Assembly (NCBI GenBank): GCA_035550135.1
Contig: DASZQB010000084.1
Coordinates: forward strand, 5,924 to 69,923
Direction of reading: 5' to 3'
Length of the DNA stretch: 64,000 nucleotides
Source: Verrucomicrobiales bacterium
GTDB lineage: Bacteria > Verrucomicrobiota > Verrucomicrobiia > Verrucomicrobiales > V1-33
Shown: piece after piece, positions 27,046 through 35,981 of the stretch
Layout of the letters: each line of letters begins with the position of its first letter
Position numbering within the stretch: position 1 is the first letter of the stretch
Made by a program: the position numbers and the translations under genes
Notes under the pieces: model-generated
The model's database searches: none
The model's input: only the letters and a program-made list of their open reading frames with translations
Told to the model about the DNA's origin: nothing

Positions 27046-29550
27046 TTAGTCAGCGAAAACGAATTCGTTCAAATTGAGAATCACACGGCAGGCGGCAGCG
27101 GTGCCGTATTTTTGCATGTGCGCGGTGAGGGCCGCTGATTCATCAGCCGTGGGGTCGCGCTGGATGGCGAGACGGAAGGCGGTGCGCACGCGGCCCGGTG
27201 CATCCGTTGCCGCCTTTTCCACGCGTTCGGCAAAGTGCTTCGACATGGCGACCGCGAGCTTGTTATTCATCAGGGCAAGAGCCTGGAGCGGATTAAGGGT
27301 TTCGTTCCGCTTGTCCACGGACATGGACGGATCGGCGCAGTCGAGAACGGCCATGAAAGGCTGGGGCTGGCTACGGACGAGGAACCGATAAACGGAGCGG
27401 CGGTGAGTGGATGCATCCTCCGGATTTGCGAGATGGTATTCGTAGTGAGGGGAATGCTCCGGACGCTCCACCACAAAATCCTTGAACGAGGGGCCGCCCA
27501 TTTTGAGGTTCAGTTTTCCGGACACGCTGAGGATGGAATCGCGCACCGCTTCGGCTTCCAGTTTGCGGCGGTTCATGTGCCAGAGCAGACGGTTGTCGGC
27601 GTCCACCGCATGAGCGGCGGGGGAGGAGGCGATGGAAGCCTGACGGTAAACCGCGCTCGTCACAATGAGCCGGTGCAGCGTTTTAAAGGACTGGCCTCCA
27701 TCGCGGAATTCCACGGCGAGCCAGTCGAGCAGTTCCGGATGAGAGGGCAGGCCACCCATGCGTCCAAAATCGTTAGGAGTGTCGCTGAGACCGCGTCCGA
27801 AATGATAGTGCCACACGCGATTCACGATGCTGCGCCATGTCAGAGGATGCTGCGGATCGGTGATCCATTTGGCGAGAGCGGCGCGGCGAGCGCCTTCCGG
27901 TGCGTCGGCAGGAATGTTGAATGTTCCCGTTTCCCCGGGCAGCATCGGCACCGTACCCGCGCCGACTTCCTCTTCGTGTTTGTTCACGTCGCCGCGGCTG
28001 AGCACCCAGATTTTCCGGGGTTTGCCGCCGTCCGGTCCCGTGCCGCGAAATGATCCACCGCCCGTGTGGATGCCGCCGGCATAGACCATGCGCGGGGCCG
28101 GCAGCTTCGCCAGCTCAGCTTGCGCGGCGGCCAGTTCCGGTGGCGGCGAAGGATAGCTATAGCCATCCACAAGGTTTTTCCGGGCCCATCGCACCGGGGC
28201 TTCAATACTGTCCAGGGAAGTTACAGTGGCGCTGGCGGCGACGTTGTTTCCGTTAGCGGTCATGACCGCCATCTCGGCGAGCGCGAAATTAAAATCGCCC
28301 TGACGCGGCGCGAGTTTGGTAGCAGTCATGCGGACGTAGCGAGCACCGATTCCTTTAGCGTCCACCTGACGCGGCACTACGCCGGGATTGGCAACGTCCT
28401 CCTTTGTCCGGTCTTCGATCAGCGTGACGCCCTTTGCGAAGTCAGGATCATTCGAGACTTCCAGACGAAAGCGCCTGGGAAATCCGAAGCCGGCCCCTAT
28501 GGCGTTGAAGTCATCCCAGCATCCGGTGTAGGTGATGCTGGAAATGGGGAACTCGCGTCCAAGGTCAAGCTGCACCCATTTCACAACGTCCTGCTTCGCT
28601 TCGATGGCGCTGTGATAACCATATTCCGGACGCACCTTCCCGGTCTTCTTTTGCAGCGTCTGCACGGTGGCGTTCAACTCGCTGCGCCGTTTTGCCAGTG
28701 CGGGATCGAGATCGACGGGCCGGTCCGTGCGATCCAGCGCGGCGAACACCGCCTGCAAACGGTAGTAGTCCTTTTGCCACACAGGGTCGAACTTGTGATC
28801 ATGGCAGCGCGCGCACTGCACGGTGATGCTGCAAAAGCTGTTCATCGTGTTCGACACCATGTCATCGCGGTCGAGATTCCGCGCGATGCGGCCGTCCGTC
28901 TTTGTTTCCGGAACTTCCACATGGCCAATGAAGTCCCACGGTCCTGCGGCGATGAAACCCAGCGCCTCGATGCCGTCCGCGGTGCCGGGAAACATCACGT
29001 CCCCTGCGACCTGTTCCTGGACGAACTGTCCGTACGGTTTGTCCTCATTGAACGCGCGGATCACATAATCGCGATAAGGCCACGCGTTAGGGCGGGGCTG
29101 GTCCTTGTCGTAGCCGTGGGTCTCGCCATAACGAACTACATCGAGCCAATGGCGGGCCCAGCGTTCGCCGTAGCGTGGTGAATCCAGAAGCCGGTCCACC
29201 AGTTTCCCGTAAGCTTGCGGGTCGTTGTCCGCCACAAACGCATCCACCTCTTCCGGTGAAGGCGGAAGACCAGTCAGGTCAAAGGTGACACGCCGAATGA
29301 GCGTGCGGCGGTCCGCTTCCGGTGCCAAGGTTAGGTTTTTCTCCGCAAGTTTGACAATGACGAACGCATCCACCGGCGTGCGCGCTCCAGCGACGACCGG
29401 AACAGCGGGCCTTGTCAGCGGCTTCAGAGACCACCAGTCGTGCGACGTGTTTTTGGGCGCAGCGATGGCGGTGCTGCTCAAAAGCAGGCCGGCAAGAATG
29501 CGAAAGGGGAAGGGCATACGACAGGATATATTTCGGCGGGGAATTCTCAA
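27046..29550 (-). CDS. DUF1549/DUF1553 (PSD1-type) protein with inserted F5/8 type C (discoidin)-like domain
   Basis: It has a signal peptide and the signature CARCHDHKFDP...DYYRLQAVF. A central discoidin-like segment is present (VKWVQLDLGREFPISSITY...ARYVRMTA). The C-terminal region is DUF1553-like. Confidence 0.75.
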   Translation of the reverse strand: MRIPRRNISCRMPFPFRILAGLLLSSTAIAAPKNTSHDWWSLKPLTRPAVPVVAGARTPVDAFVIVKLAEKNLTLAPEADRRTLIRRVTFDLTGLPPSPEEVDAFVADNDPQAYGKLVDRLLDSPRYGERWARHWLDVVRYGETHGYDKDQPRPNAWPYRDYVIRAFNEDKPYGQFVQEQVAGDVMFPGTADGIEALGFIAAGPWDFIGHVEVPETKTDGRIARNLDRDDMVSNTMNSFCSITVQCARCHDHKFDPVWQKDYYRLQAVFAALDRTDRPVDLDPALAKRRSELNATVQTLQKKTGKVRPEYGYHSAIEAKQDVVKWVQLDLGREFPISSITYTGCWDDFNAIGAGFGFPRRFRLEVSNDPDFAKGVTLIEDRTKEDVANPGVVPRQVDAKGIGARYVRMTATKLAPRQGDFNFALAEMAVMTANGNNVAASATVTSLDSIEAPVRWARKNLVDGYSYPSPPPELAAAQAELAKLPAPRMVYAGGIHTGGGSFRGTGPDGGKPRKIWVLSRGDVNKHEEEVGAGTVPMLPGETGTFNIPADAPEGARRAALAKWITDPQHPLTWRSIVNRVWHYHFGRGLSDTPNDFGRMGGLPSHPELLDWLAVEFRDGGQSFKTLHRLIVTSAVYRQASIASSPAAHAVDADNRLLWHMNRRKLEAEAVRDSILSVSGKLNLKMGGPSFKDFVVERPEHSPHYEYHLANPEDASTHRRSVYRFLVRSQPQPFMAVLDCADPSMSVDKRNETLNPLQALALMNNKLAVAMSKHFAERVEKAATDAPGRVRTAFRLAIQRDPTADESAALTAHMQKYGTAAACRVILNLNEFVFAD

Positions 29551-29600
29551 TTCACACGATGGTGCGAGCGGTGATCCGAAGGGCCGGAAACGGCCGCTTT

Positions 29601-32186
29601 CTATCGCAGGGTGATGTAATCGTTATGGTTGAATAGCGCCTGAAGGAAGAGGGCGCGGGCACGGAGGGGATCGGGCGTTTCCCGGGTGGAGCGGAAAGTG
29701 GTTAGTGATCCGAGCGAGGCCGCGTACTCTTCGGCGGACGCCGGACGGCCGAGAATGGTGTTGAACGCAGCGGTGATAAAGAGGCGATCATCGATAACGG
29801 CCTTGAAGCGTATGGCGAGGGCGTCGGCGGCCTCGCGGGGGATCCTGCTGTTGGCAAGAGCGAGGGCCTGCTGCGGGGTGACGCTCTCACGGCGGCGGTA
29901 GCAATCGAAGACGCTGGCATTGTCGAAGGTGCCAAGGAAGCGGTCTTCGAGCTCGCCGTGCTGCTGAAAATAAAGGGCGCGGCGGCGGCTGTTCTCTTCG
30001 TTAGGGACGGGGACAGAAGGGCCGCCGATTTTGAGATCAAGCAAGCCTGCCATGGAAAGCAAACCGTCACGAACCGCCTGGGACTGCAGGCGCCTGGGAT
30101 TCATGCGCCACAAATATTTGTTGTCAGGGTCCGCGGCGAGAGTGCCGGGATCGGCACCCGTTGCGGAGGAGGTGGTGCGATAAAGGTGCGAAGTGAGCAT
30201 GGTACGAAGGACGGGCTTCAACTTCCAGCCGCCGGAAACGAGTTCGACGGCGAGCGTGTCGAGGACATCCTGATGCAGGGGCGGCGGAGAGCGGCGTCCG
30301 AAGTCGGAAACGTCCGGAACGAGAGACTCACCGAACACACGAGTCCAAAGATGATTGATTGCGACACGCGCGGGCAAAGGATTCGTTGCACTGGTTAGCC
30401 ACCTGGCCAGAGCGAGCCGGCGTCCGGTACTGGTGGCGGGATATGTGGACGGATTTTTGTCGAAGGAGTCCAGCGGGCTCTCAAGGGCTTTGAGTGCGCC
30501 AATGATGAAGGTGTATGATTCGCCAGGTTTGCCCGCGGCTTCGCGCGCTTTGGTGAGGGCGTCAGCGGCGGACTTATGTTTTTTTTCCGCCTCTCCTTTT
30601 TTGTCAGGGGCGGCTTTCGTTACTTCGAAAGCGGCGGCCTCCACCGCAGCTTCGGCGGAGGCAAGTTTCCATTGGACTTCGGCGGCGGCGGCGACGCGGC
30701 TAAGAGCGGTGCGCTCAGCACTTGAGGATATCTTTGCAGTATCAGCCGCGTGAGCGGCCCGCAGCATGACTGGCCGCAGGAGCGCAGCGGCGAGTTGTTT
30801 TTGCGTCAGGGGTTCGTTGTCTTTGCCGCGGGCTTTTTCGAGGCTCTCACGGGCTTTCACAATTTCCTTCTCCGCGACGCCTAACTGATCATTCAAAACG
30901 TATTCGCGCAGGCCCGGCGCGTAGGCCGTCACAGGCAGCGGCACGGGCTTTACGTTCATCTCACCGAACAGAACCGGAATGCCGGGCGCGATGGCGCGGC
31001 TGGTGTCCGGCTGTTTATCGTCGCCGCGGCGATGAATGTAGGTCGGAGTTTCCGCGTGCATGTCGAATACGCGGGGGAGACCGTTCTTTTCGAAATCCGT
31101 TTCACCGGGCCATGCGTCGAGACGGACTTGATAGGGTTCGAAGATCGCGCGCATGCGGTAATAGTCCTCGTGCGAGAGAGGATCGTATTTGTGATCGTGG
31201 CACTTCACGCACTGCATGGTAAGCCCGAGAAAGGCGCGGCTGGTGTGCTCCACCACTTCATCGAGCCATGTCGTGCGATTGAAGAGGTAATAGCTGCGGC
31301 AGAGGAAGCCGGTGGCGCGCAGGGCATCGCGGTCATCCGGCGCAAGCTCATCCCCGGCAAGCATTTCCTCCATCATGCGGTCATAGCCTTTGTCTGCGTT
31401 CAGAGACTCGATGATCCAATCGCGCCAGTGCCAGATGTGTTTTTGACTGTAGCGGAGTTGAGCGTCGAGGCCCCACCAGTCGCTGTAGCGCCAGATGTCC
31501 ATGAAGTGGCGTGCCCAGTGCTCGCCAAATTGCGGCATGGCGAGAAGACCGTCCACGACCTTTGCGGCGGCGTCAGGAGAGGTGTCGGCGAGGAACTTTG
31601 TTAGGTCCTCCGCAGAGGGAGGCAGGCCGATGGTGTCGAAATAGACGCGTCGAAACCAAAGACTCCGCTGTGCCTCTGGCTGCGCTTTCAGCCCTTTAGT
31701 GGCGCGGCGGGCGGAGATTAGTTTGTCGATGAGATTGCTGTTCCACCCTGCGGCGAAATTCGGCAGGCCGACGCGCTGCGGCGGCTGAAAGGCCCAGTGG
31801 GCGCGGGGATCGGGTTCCGGCTGATCATCGGCGGAAGCGGGCGCGCCGGCGGCTATCCATTCACGGAAGGCAGCAATTTGTTCCGGCGTCAAAGGCGCGC
31901 CTTCGGGCGGCATGCGTTCGTCCTCTTTCGTGGCGCTGATGTGAGAAAGCAGCAGGGAACCGTCCGGCTTGATGACGTTCCCGCTGTCGCCGCCCTTGAG
32001 CATGGCGGCCACGGTATCGAGGCGAAGACCGGACTTTTGTTTGAGCGCTCCATGGCAGGCATAACAGCGTGCCTTGAGGACGGGACGGATGTCTTTGGCA
32101 TAATCCACCGCGGCAGCCGCGCGCGAGCCGGCGGCGAAGCAGGCCGCCAGCATCAAGGCACAGAACTGAATGCGGAGGAATTTCAC
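29601..32186 (-). CDS. planctomycete-type cytochrome c (PSCyt1) / DUF1549 / DUF1553 protein
   Basis: It has a signal peptide and the heme motif CYACHG...KSGLRLD. The signature CVKCHDHKYDP...DYYRMRAIF is present. The tail is DUF1553-like. Confidence 0.8.
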   Translation of the reverse strand: MKFLRIQFCALMLAACFAAGSRAAAAVDYAKDIRPVLKARCYACHGALKQKSGLRLDTVAAMLKGGDSGNVIKPDGSLLLSHISATKEDERMPPEGAPLTPEQIAAFREWIAAGAPASADDQPEPDPRAHWAFQPPQRVGLPNFAAGWNSNLIDKLISARRATKGLKAQPEAQRSLWFRRVYFDTIGLPPSAEDLTKFLADTSPDAAAKVVDGLLAMPQFGEHWARHFMDIWRYSDWWGLDAQLRYSQKHIWHWRDWIIESLNADKGYDRMMEEMLAGDELAPDDRDALRATGFLCRSYYLFNRTTWLDEVVEHTSRAFLGLTMQCVKCHDHKYDPLSHEDYYRMRAIFEPYQVRLDAWPGETDFEKNGLPRVFDMHAETPTYIHRRGDDKQPDTSRAIAPGIPVLFGEMNVKPVPLPVTAYAPGLREYVLNDQLGVAEKEIVKARESLEKARGKDNEPLTQKQLAAALLRPVMLRAAHAADTAKISSSAERTALSRVAAAAEVQWKLASAEAAVEAAAFEVTKAAPDKKGEAEKKHKSAADALTKAREAAGKPGESYTFIIGALKALESPLDSFDKNPSTYPATSTGRRLALARWLTSATNPLPARVAINHLWTRVFGESLVPDVSDFGRRSPPPLHQDVLDTLAVELVSGGWKLKPVLRTMLTSHLYRTTSSATGADPGTLAADPDNKYLWRMNPRRLQSQAVRDGLLSMAGLLDLKIGGPSVPVPNEENSRRRALYFQQHGELEDRFLGTFDNASVFDCYRRRESVTPQQALALANSRIPREAADALAIRFKAVIDDRLFITAAFNTILGRPASAEEYAASLGSLTTFRSTRETPDPLRARALFLQALFNHNDYITLR

Positions 32187-32256
32187 GATTTGAGGATACG
32201 GACTGCGGCGCGGAGCGCTTTCTTATCTGCTTTAACGGGGAGGAGCAAAGGCTGGT

Positions 32257-32901
32257 TTATTTTGCCTGCGGAACAGGGAATTCTGTGCGCACGTCAATCA
32301 CCCGGCCCAATTTGCGAACCTGCCACATCAAGGAACGCGGAAGCTGGCAAATCCCGGGCACGATGGTGCAGCCGGCAGCGCGAAGGGCATCGGCGACCCA
32401 GTTGTTGCAGGTGTGGAGTGCGCAGTAGAGGCCGCGTCCGCGATACCAGTTTTCCGCGAGCCGTATGGAACGTCCCATGGAATCGCGGGCATGGGTTTTT
32501 GCCATGAAGGCGCAGAGACGTGCCATGCCTTCGGGCGTCACGCGAATTTCGACAATAGTGGCCTCCGGATCAAACAGATCGCCGCCGGGCGCATAAATGG
32601 ACGCATCGTAGCGGAGCGCGGTATTGCAGGAGAACAGCAAAGCTTTCGTGATCTTGCCGGAGGTTAGCTCTTCACGGAAACACTTTTCATCACCCCAGCC
32701 GGCTTCGATAAAGCGGGCGCGGGGAAAATCGTCGCTGGCGGGTAATGATCCCGGAGGGATATCGGCTTTGCGAACCGCGATGCTGCTGTGGATGAAGCCG
32801 CTGTAAATGACGTAAACGGGAAGGGCGGGGGAAGAGCGGTGAGGAGCGGTGCAACTGACGCAGAAGAACAGCGCGAAGGCGGGAAAGAGGCAGCGGTGCA
32901 C
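32257..32901 (-). CDS. DUF2459/TIGR02117-like lipoprotein
   Basis: The lipobox FFCVSC is present. The pattern HSSIAV...FIEAGWGDEKCF...HTCNNWVADALRAAG resembles the DUF2459 family. Confidence 0.55.
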   Translation of the reverse strand: MHRCLFPAFALFFCVSCTAPHRSSPALPVYVIYSGFIHSSIAVRKADIPPGSLPASDDFPRARFIEAGWGDEKCFREELTSGKITKALLFSCNTALRYDASIYAPGGDLFDPEATIVEIRVTPEGMARLCAFMAKTHARDSMGRSIRLAENWYRGRGLYCALHTCNNWVADALRAAGCTIVPGICQLPRSLMWQVRKLGRVIDVRTEFPVPQAK

Positions 32902-33006
32902 GGCGATAGCATGAAATGAATAAAGAGATTATCCAGAGGCTATCCGTTTGGAAGGCAAGAGTATGAGTGTGGGAGAGCGTACGAGTAAAAAAAGGCAGCA
33001 GGACAT

Positions 33007-34239
33007 TTATCCCGTTTGCGCACGGATGCCGGAGACGGCGGAGAAGATGGAGGAGACGATGCAATAGGCGATAACGGTGACGACGGCCGCGAGGAAAATG
33101 ATGATGGCGGGGGAGATGAGGGCCGTGAGGCGTTTGATGCGGACGTCGAGTTCCTTGTCGTAGCGGGTGGCGGCTTTTTGGAGGGATTTCGCGAGCTGGC
33201 CGGTTTGTTCGCCGACGGCGATGATATCCGTCATGAGGGGCTGGAAATGACCGGCGCGGCGGAGCGACGTGGAGAGGGGATCGCCGGCGGAGACGGCATC
33301 GATGACGTGGGAGAGACGCTGGCGGAAGAAACGATTGGGCGTGCCGCGGACGAGGAGTGTTAGAGACGAGAGAAGCGGAACGGCGTTGGTGACGAGGTTG
33401 CCGAGCGATTGAGTAAAGCCGGCATAGAAGCGGGTCTCGATGATGGGGCCGATAAGTGGGATGCGCATTTTGGCGCGGTCCCACCAGAGGCGTCCACCTT
33501 TGGTCGCAATGAGGAGCCGGAAGAGGAGGATGAAGGACGCGCCGCCGATGAGCATGGTCCAGAAGTTGGCGGTGCAGAAGTGGCTGAAGTCGAGAAGCAG
33601 CTTCGTAACCGCGGGAAGATCCTGGCCGGTCTTGGCGAGCAGGCCGGTGAGCTGCGGCACAAGGACAAGCGTGAAGACTGCCATCAGCAGAGCGCAGGCA
33701 CCGATCATGAAGGCGGGATAGATCATGGCTCCAACAAAGCGGCGCTGGAGTTCATGAATCTGCGTCATGCTGTGCGCCATGCGATGGAGCACGCCTGCAA
33801 GCGTGCCGGAGGCCTCTCCTGCAGCGATGAGGGAGACGTAGAGATCGTCGAAGCTGGAGGAGGTTTGACGGAAACAGGCGGAAAGTGTCTGGCCATCGCG
33901 CAGGTAGTAACGGAGGCGCGCGCCGGTTTCGCGAATGATCGGATCCTGCTGCTTTTCAGCCATCACGTTGAGAGCCTGCTGGACGGGGAGGCCGGCATCG
34001 ATGAGGTCGGCGAGTTCGGTGGTGAAGAAGATGAGACGGGTGCGCTTGAGGCGGATAACGGGGCCGCCGTCGGCCGCGGCGCGCGTGGTTTTGGCGGCGC
34101 TGTCTTTCTCAGTGACTTCGATGGGGGAGAGCGCGCGGGATTCGATCTGACGATAGGCATCGCGGCGCGTGGGCGCTTCGAGAGTGCCGGTGATCTGTTC
34201 ACCGGTGGCGGCAAGGGCATGGAAACTGAAGTGCGGCAT
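33007..34239 (-). CDS. gspF: T2SS inner-membrane platform protein GspF
   Basis: 410 aa with two T2SSF repeats and three TM segments. Its start overlaps the gspE stop. Confidence 0.85.
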   Translation of the reverse strand: MPHFSFHALAATGEQITGTLEAPTRRDAYRQIESRALSPIEVTEKDSAAKTTRAAADGGPVIRLKRTRLIFFTTELADLIDAGLPVQQALNVMAEKQQDPIIRETGARLRYYLRDGQTLSACFRQTSSSFDDLYVSLIAAGEASGTLAGVLHRMAHSMTQIHELQRRFVGAMIYPAFMIGACALLMAVFTLVLVPQLTGLLAKTGQDLPAVTKLLLDFSHFCTANFWTMLIGGASFILLFRLLIATKGGRLWWDRAKMRIPLIGPIIETRFYAGFTQSLGNLVTNAVPLLSSLTLLVRGTPNRFFRQRLSHVIDAVSAGDPLSTSLRRAGHFQPLMTDIIAVGEQTGQLAKSLQKAATRYDKELDVRIKRLTALISPAIIIFLAAVVTVIAYCIVSSIFSAVSGIRAQTG

Positions 34240-35981
34240 TATTGCTGGGCGGTGGCTTCACCGGCGGTGACGGCGATGACTTCCTCGATGGTGGTGTCGC
34301 CGGTAATGACGCGGTTCCAGCCGTAGTCGCGCATGGGAACCATGCCCTGCTCGACAGCTTTAACGCGAAGGACGGTGGCGGTGGAACGATCAGCGATGAG
34401 TTCCTGAATCTCCGGCGTGATGGCACAGACTTCAATGATGGCCATGCGACCGCGGTAGCCGGCTCCCCGGCATTCGCGGCAACCGGCGGGAACGAGAATG
34501 CTGGCGGTGTATTCAACGGGGAAGCCGATGGACTGAAGGTAATGCGGCGGATACTGGCCGTGGGCGGCGGGCCTGCGGCAATGCGGGCACAGGCGGCGCA
34601 CGAGGCGCTGCGCGAGGAAGGCGCGAACGGAGGACGCGATGAGAAAAGGTTCGATGCCCATGTCGAGCAGGCGGGAGATGCCGCCAACCGCGTCATTCGT
34701 GTGGAGCGTGCTGAAGACGAGGTGCCCGGTGAGCGCGCCGCGAATGGCGATTTCCGTGGTTTCGAGGTCGCGCATTTCACCGACCATGATGACGTTAGGA
34801 TCTCCGCGCAGGATGCTGCGGAGGCCGGCGGCGAAGGTAAGATTGATCTCCGGTTTGACAGCGATCTGCACGACGCCGTCCAGTTTGTTTTCGACGGGGT
34901 CCTCAATGGTGACGATGCGGCGGTCCCGCGTATTGAGTTCGCGGAGGAAAGTATAGAGCGTGCTGGACTTGCCGCAGCCGGTGGGGCCGGTGACAAGAAT
35001 AATGCCGTTAGGCATGGCAAGGAGTGTGCGCACTTTGGACTCCAGCGCGGCATCCATGCCGAGGCCGCCGAGGTCGAGCCGTTCACGGCCAAGGAGACGG
35101 AGACTAACGCTTTCGCCGTTGACCGAGGGAATGGTGGCAATGCGGACGTCGTATCGCTGGCCTTCGAGTTCGAGATTGAGGCGTCCGTCCTGGGGCAGGC
35201 GGCGCTCGGCGATGTCGAGATGCGCCATGATTTTGAGACGCGAGACGAGAGAGTTTTGGAGGAGACGGACGTTAGGGGGAACCGTGACCTCATTGAGAGC
35301 ACCATCGACGCGGTAGCGGATGCGAAGGTCGTTTTCGAGGGGTTCGATGTGGATATCGGTGGCGCGCTCGCGAATGGCTTCGCTGAAAATTTGATTCACG
35401 AAGCTCATGATGGTGGCCTCCTCGTTGTCTTCGAGGACGGTGACTTCCTGGCGAAGGGCGTCGGTTTCGGCCTGGGGCTGCCGCTCGTCGATGAGTTCAT
35501 CAAAGCGGGCTGCGCCGACACCATAACCTGCGCGCAGAGCTTCCATGAGAGCGGTGCGGGTGGTAACACTCCAGCTAACATTCTGGTCGAGATGCTGACC
35601 GGCCATCTGCCGGGCTTCGAGATCGAATGGATCGCAGGTGAGAAGCTGAAGGGTGGAATTGTTAGGCTGTCCTGGAAGCACGCGGTGACGGAGGGCGAGG
35701 CGTGCGGGCAGGCGGTTGTGCGGAGGGTGTTGAGGATCGAGTTCGGGAACCGGGATGAAAGGGAGCTTCAGGCTATGGCTGAGGGTGGAGAAGAAAGAGG
35801 TTTCATCCGTTAGAGAGCCCGCATCGAGAACAGCATCGATGAGGTGCCCTCCGTTGTTGGAGGCGGCCTGCATGGCCTGCAGAAGCGGGCCTTCGTCGGT
35901 GCAGCCGGCGGCGCGGGCGGCGGAGAGAATGAGATTCTCAACGGGGCGCACGGCGGCGGATTCTGTGGGGAAAGCACTCAC
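34239..35981 (-). CDS. gspE: T2SS ATPase GspE
   Basis: It has an N-terminal T2SSE_N/MshEN-like domain, Walker A GPTGCGKSST, and a tetracysteine motif (CPHC...CRECRGAGYRGR). It overlaps gspD in ATGA. Confidence 0.9.
   Translation of the reverse strand: MSAFPTESAAVRPVENLILSAARAAGCTDEGPLLQAMQAASNNGGHLIDAVLDAGSLTDETSFFSTLSHSLKLPFIPVPELDPQHPPHNRLPARLALRHRVLPGQPNNSTLQLLTCDPFDLEARQMAGQHLDQNVSWSVTTRTALMEALRAGYGVGAARFDELIDERQPQAETDALRQEVTVLEDNEEATIMSFVNQIFSEAIRERATDIHIEPLENDLRIRYRVDGALNEVTVPPNVRLLQNSLVSRLKIMAHLDIAERRLPQDGRLNLELEGQRYDVRIATIPSVNGESVSLRLLGRERLDLGGLGMDAALESKVRTLLAMPNGIILVTGPTGCGKSSTLYTFLRELNTRDRRIVTIEDPVENKLDGVVQIAVKPEINLTFAAGLRSILRGDPNVIMVGEMRDLETTEIAIRGALTGHLVFSTLHTNDAVGGISRLLDMGIEPFLIASSVRAFLAQRLVRRLCPHCRRPAAHGQYPPHYLQSIGFPVEYTASILVPAGCRECRGAGYRGRMAIIEVCAITPEIQELIADRSTATVLRVKAVEQGMVPMRDYGWNRVITGDTTIEEVIAVTAGEATAQQ

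Noticed and set aside
34242-35813. 523-aa plus-strand ORF
   Set aside because: It is antisense to gspE, which has unambiguous Walker and Zn motifs. It is a shadow ORF.
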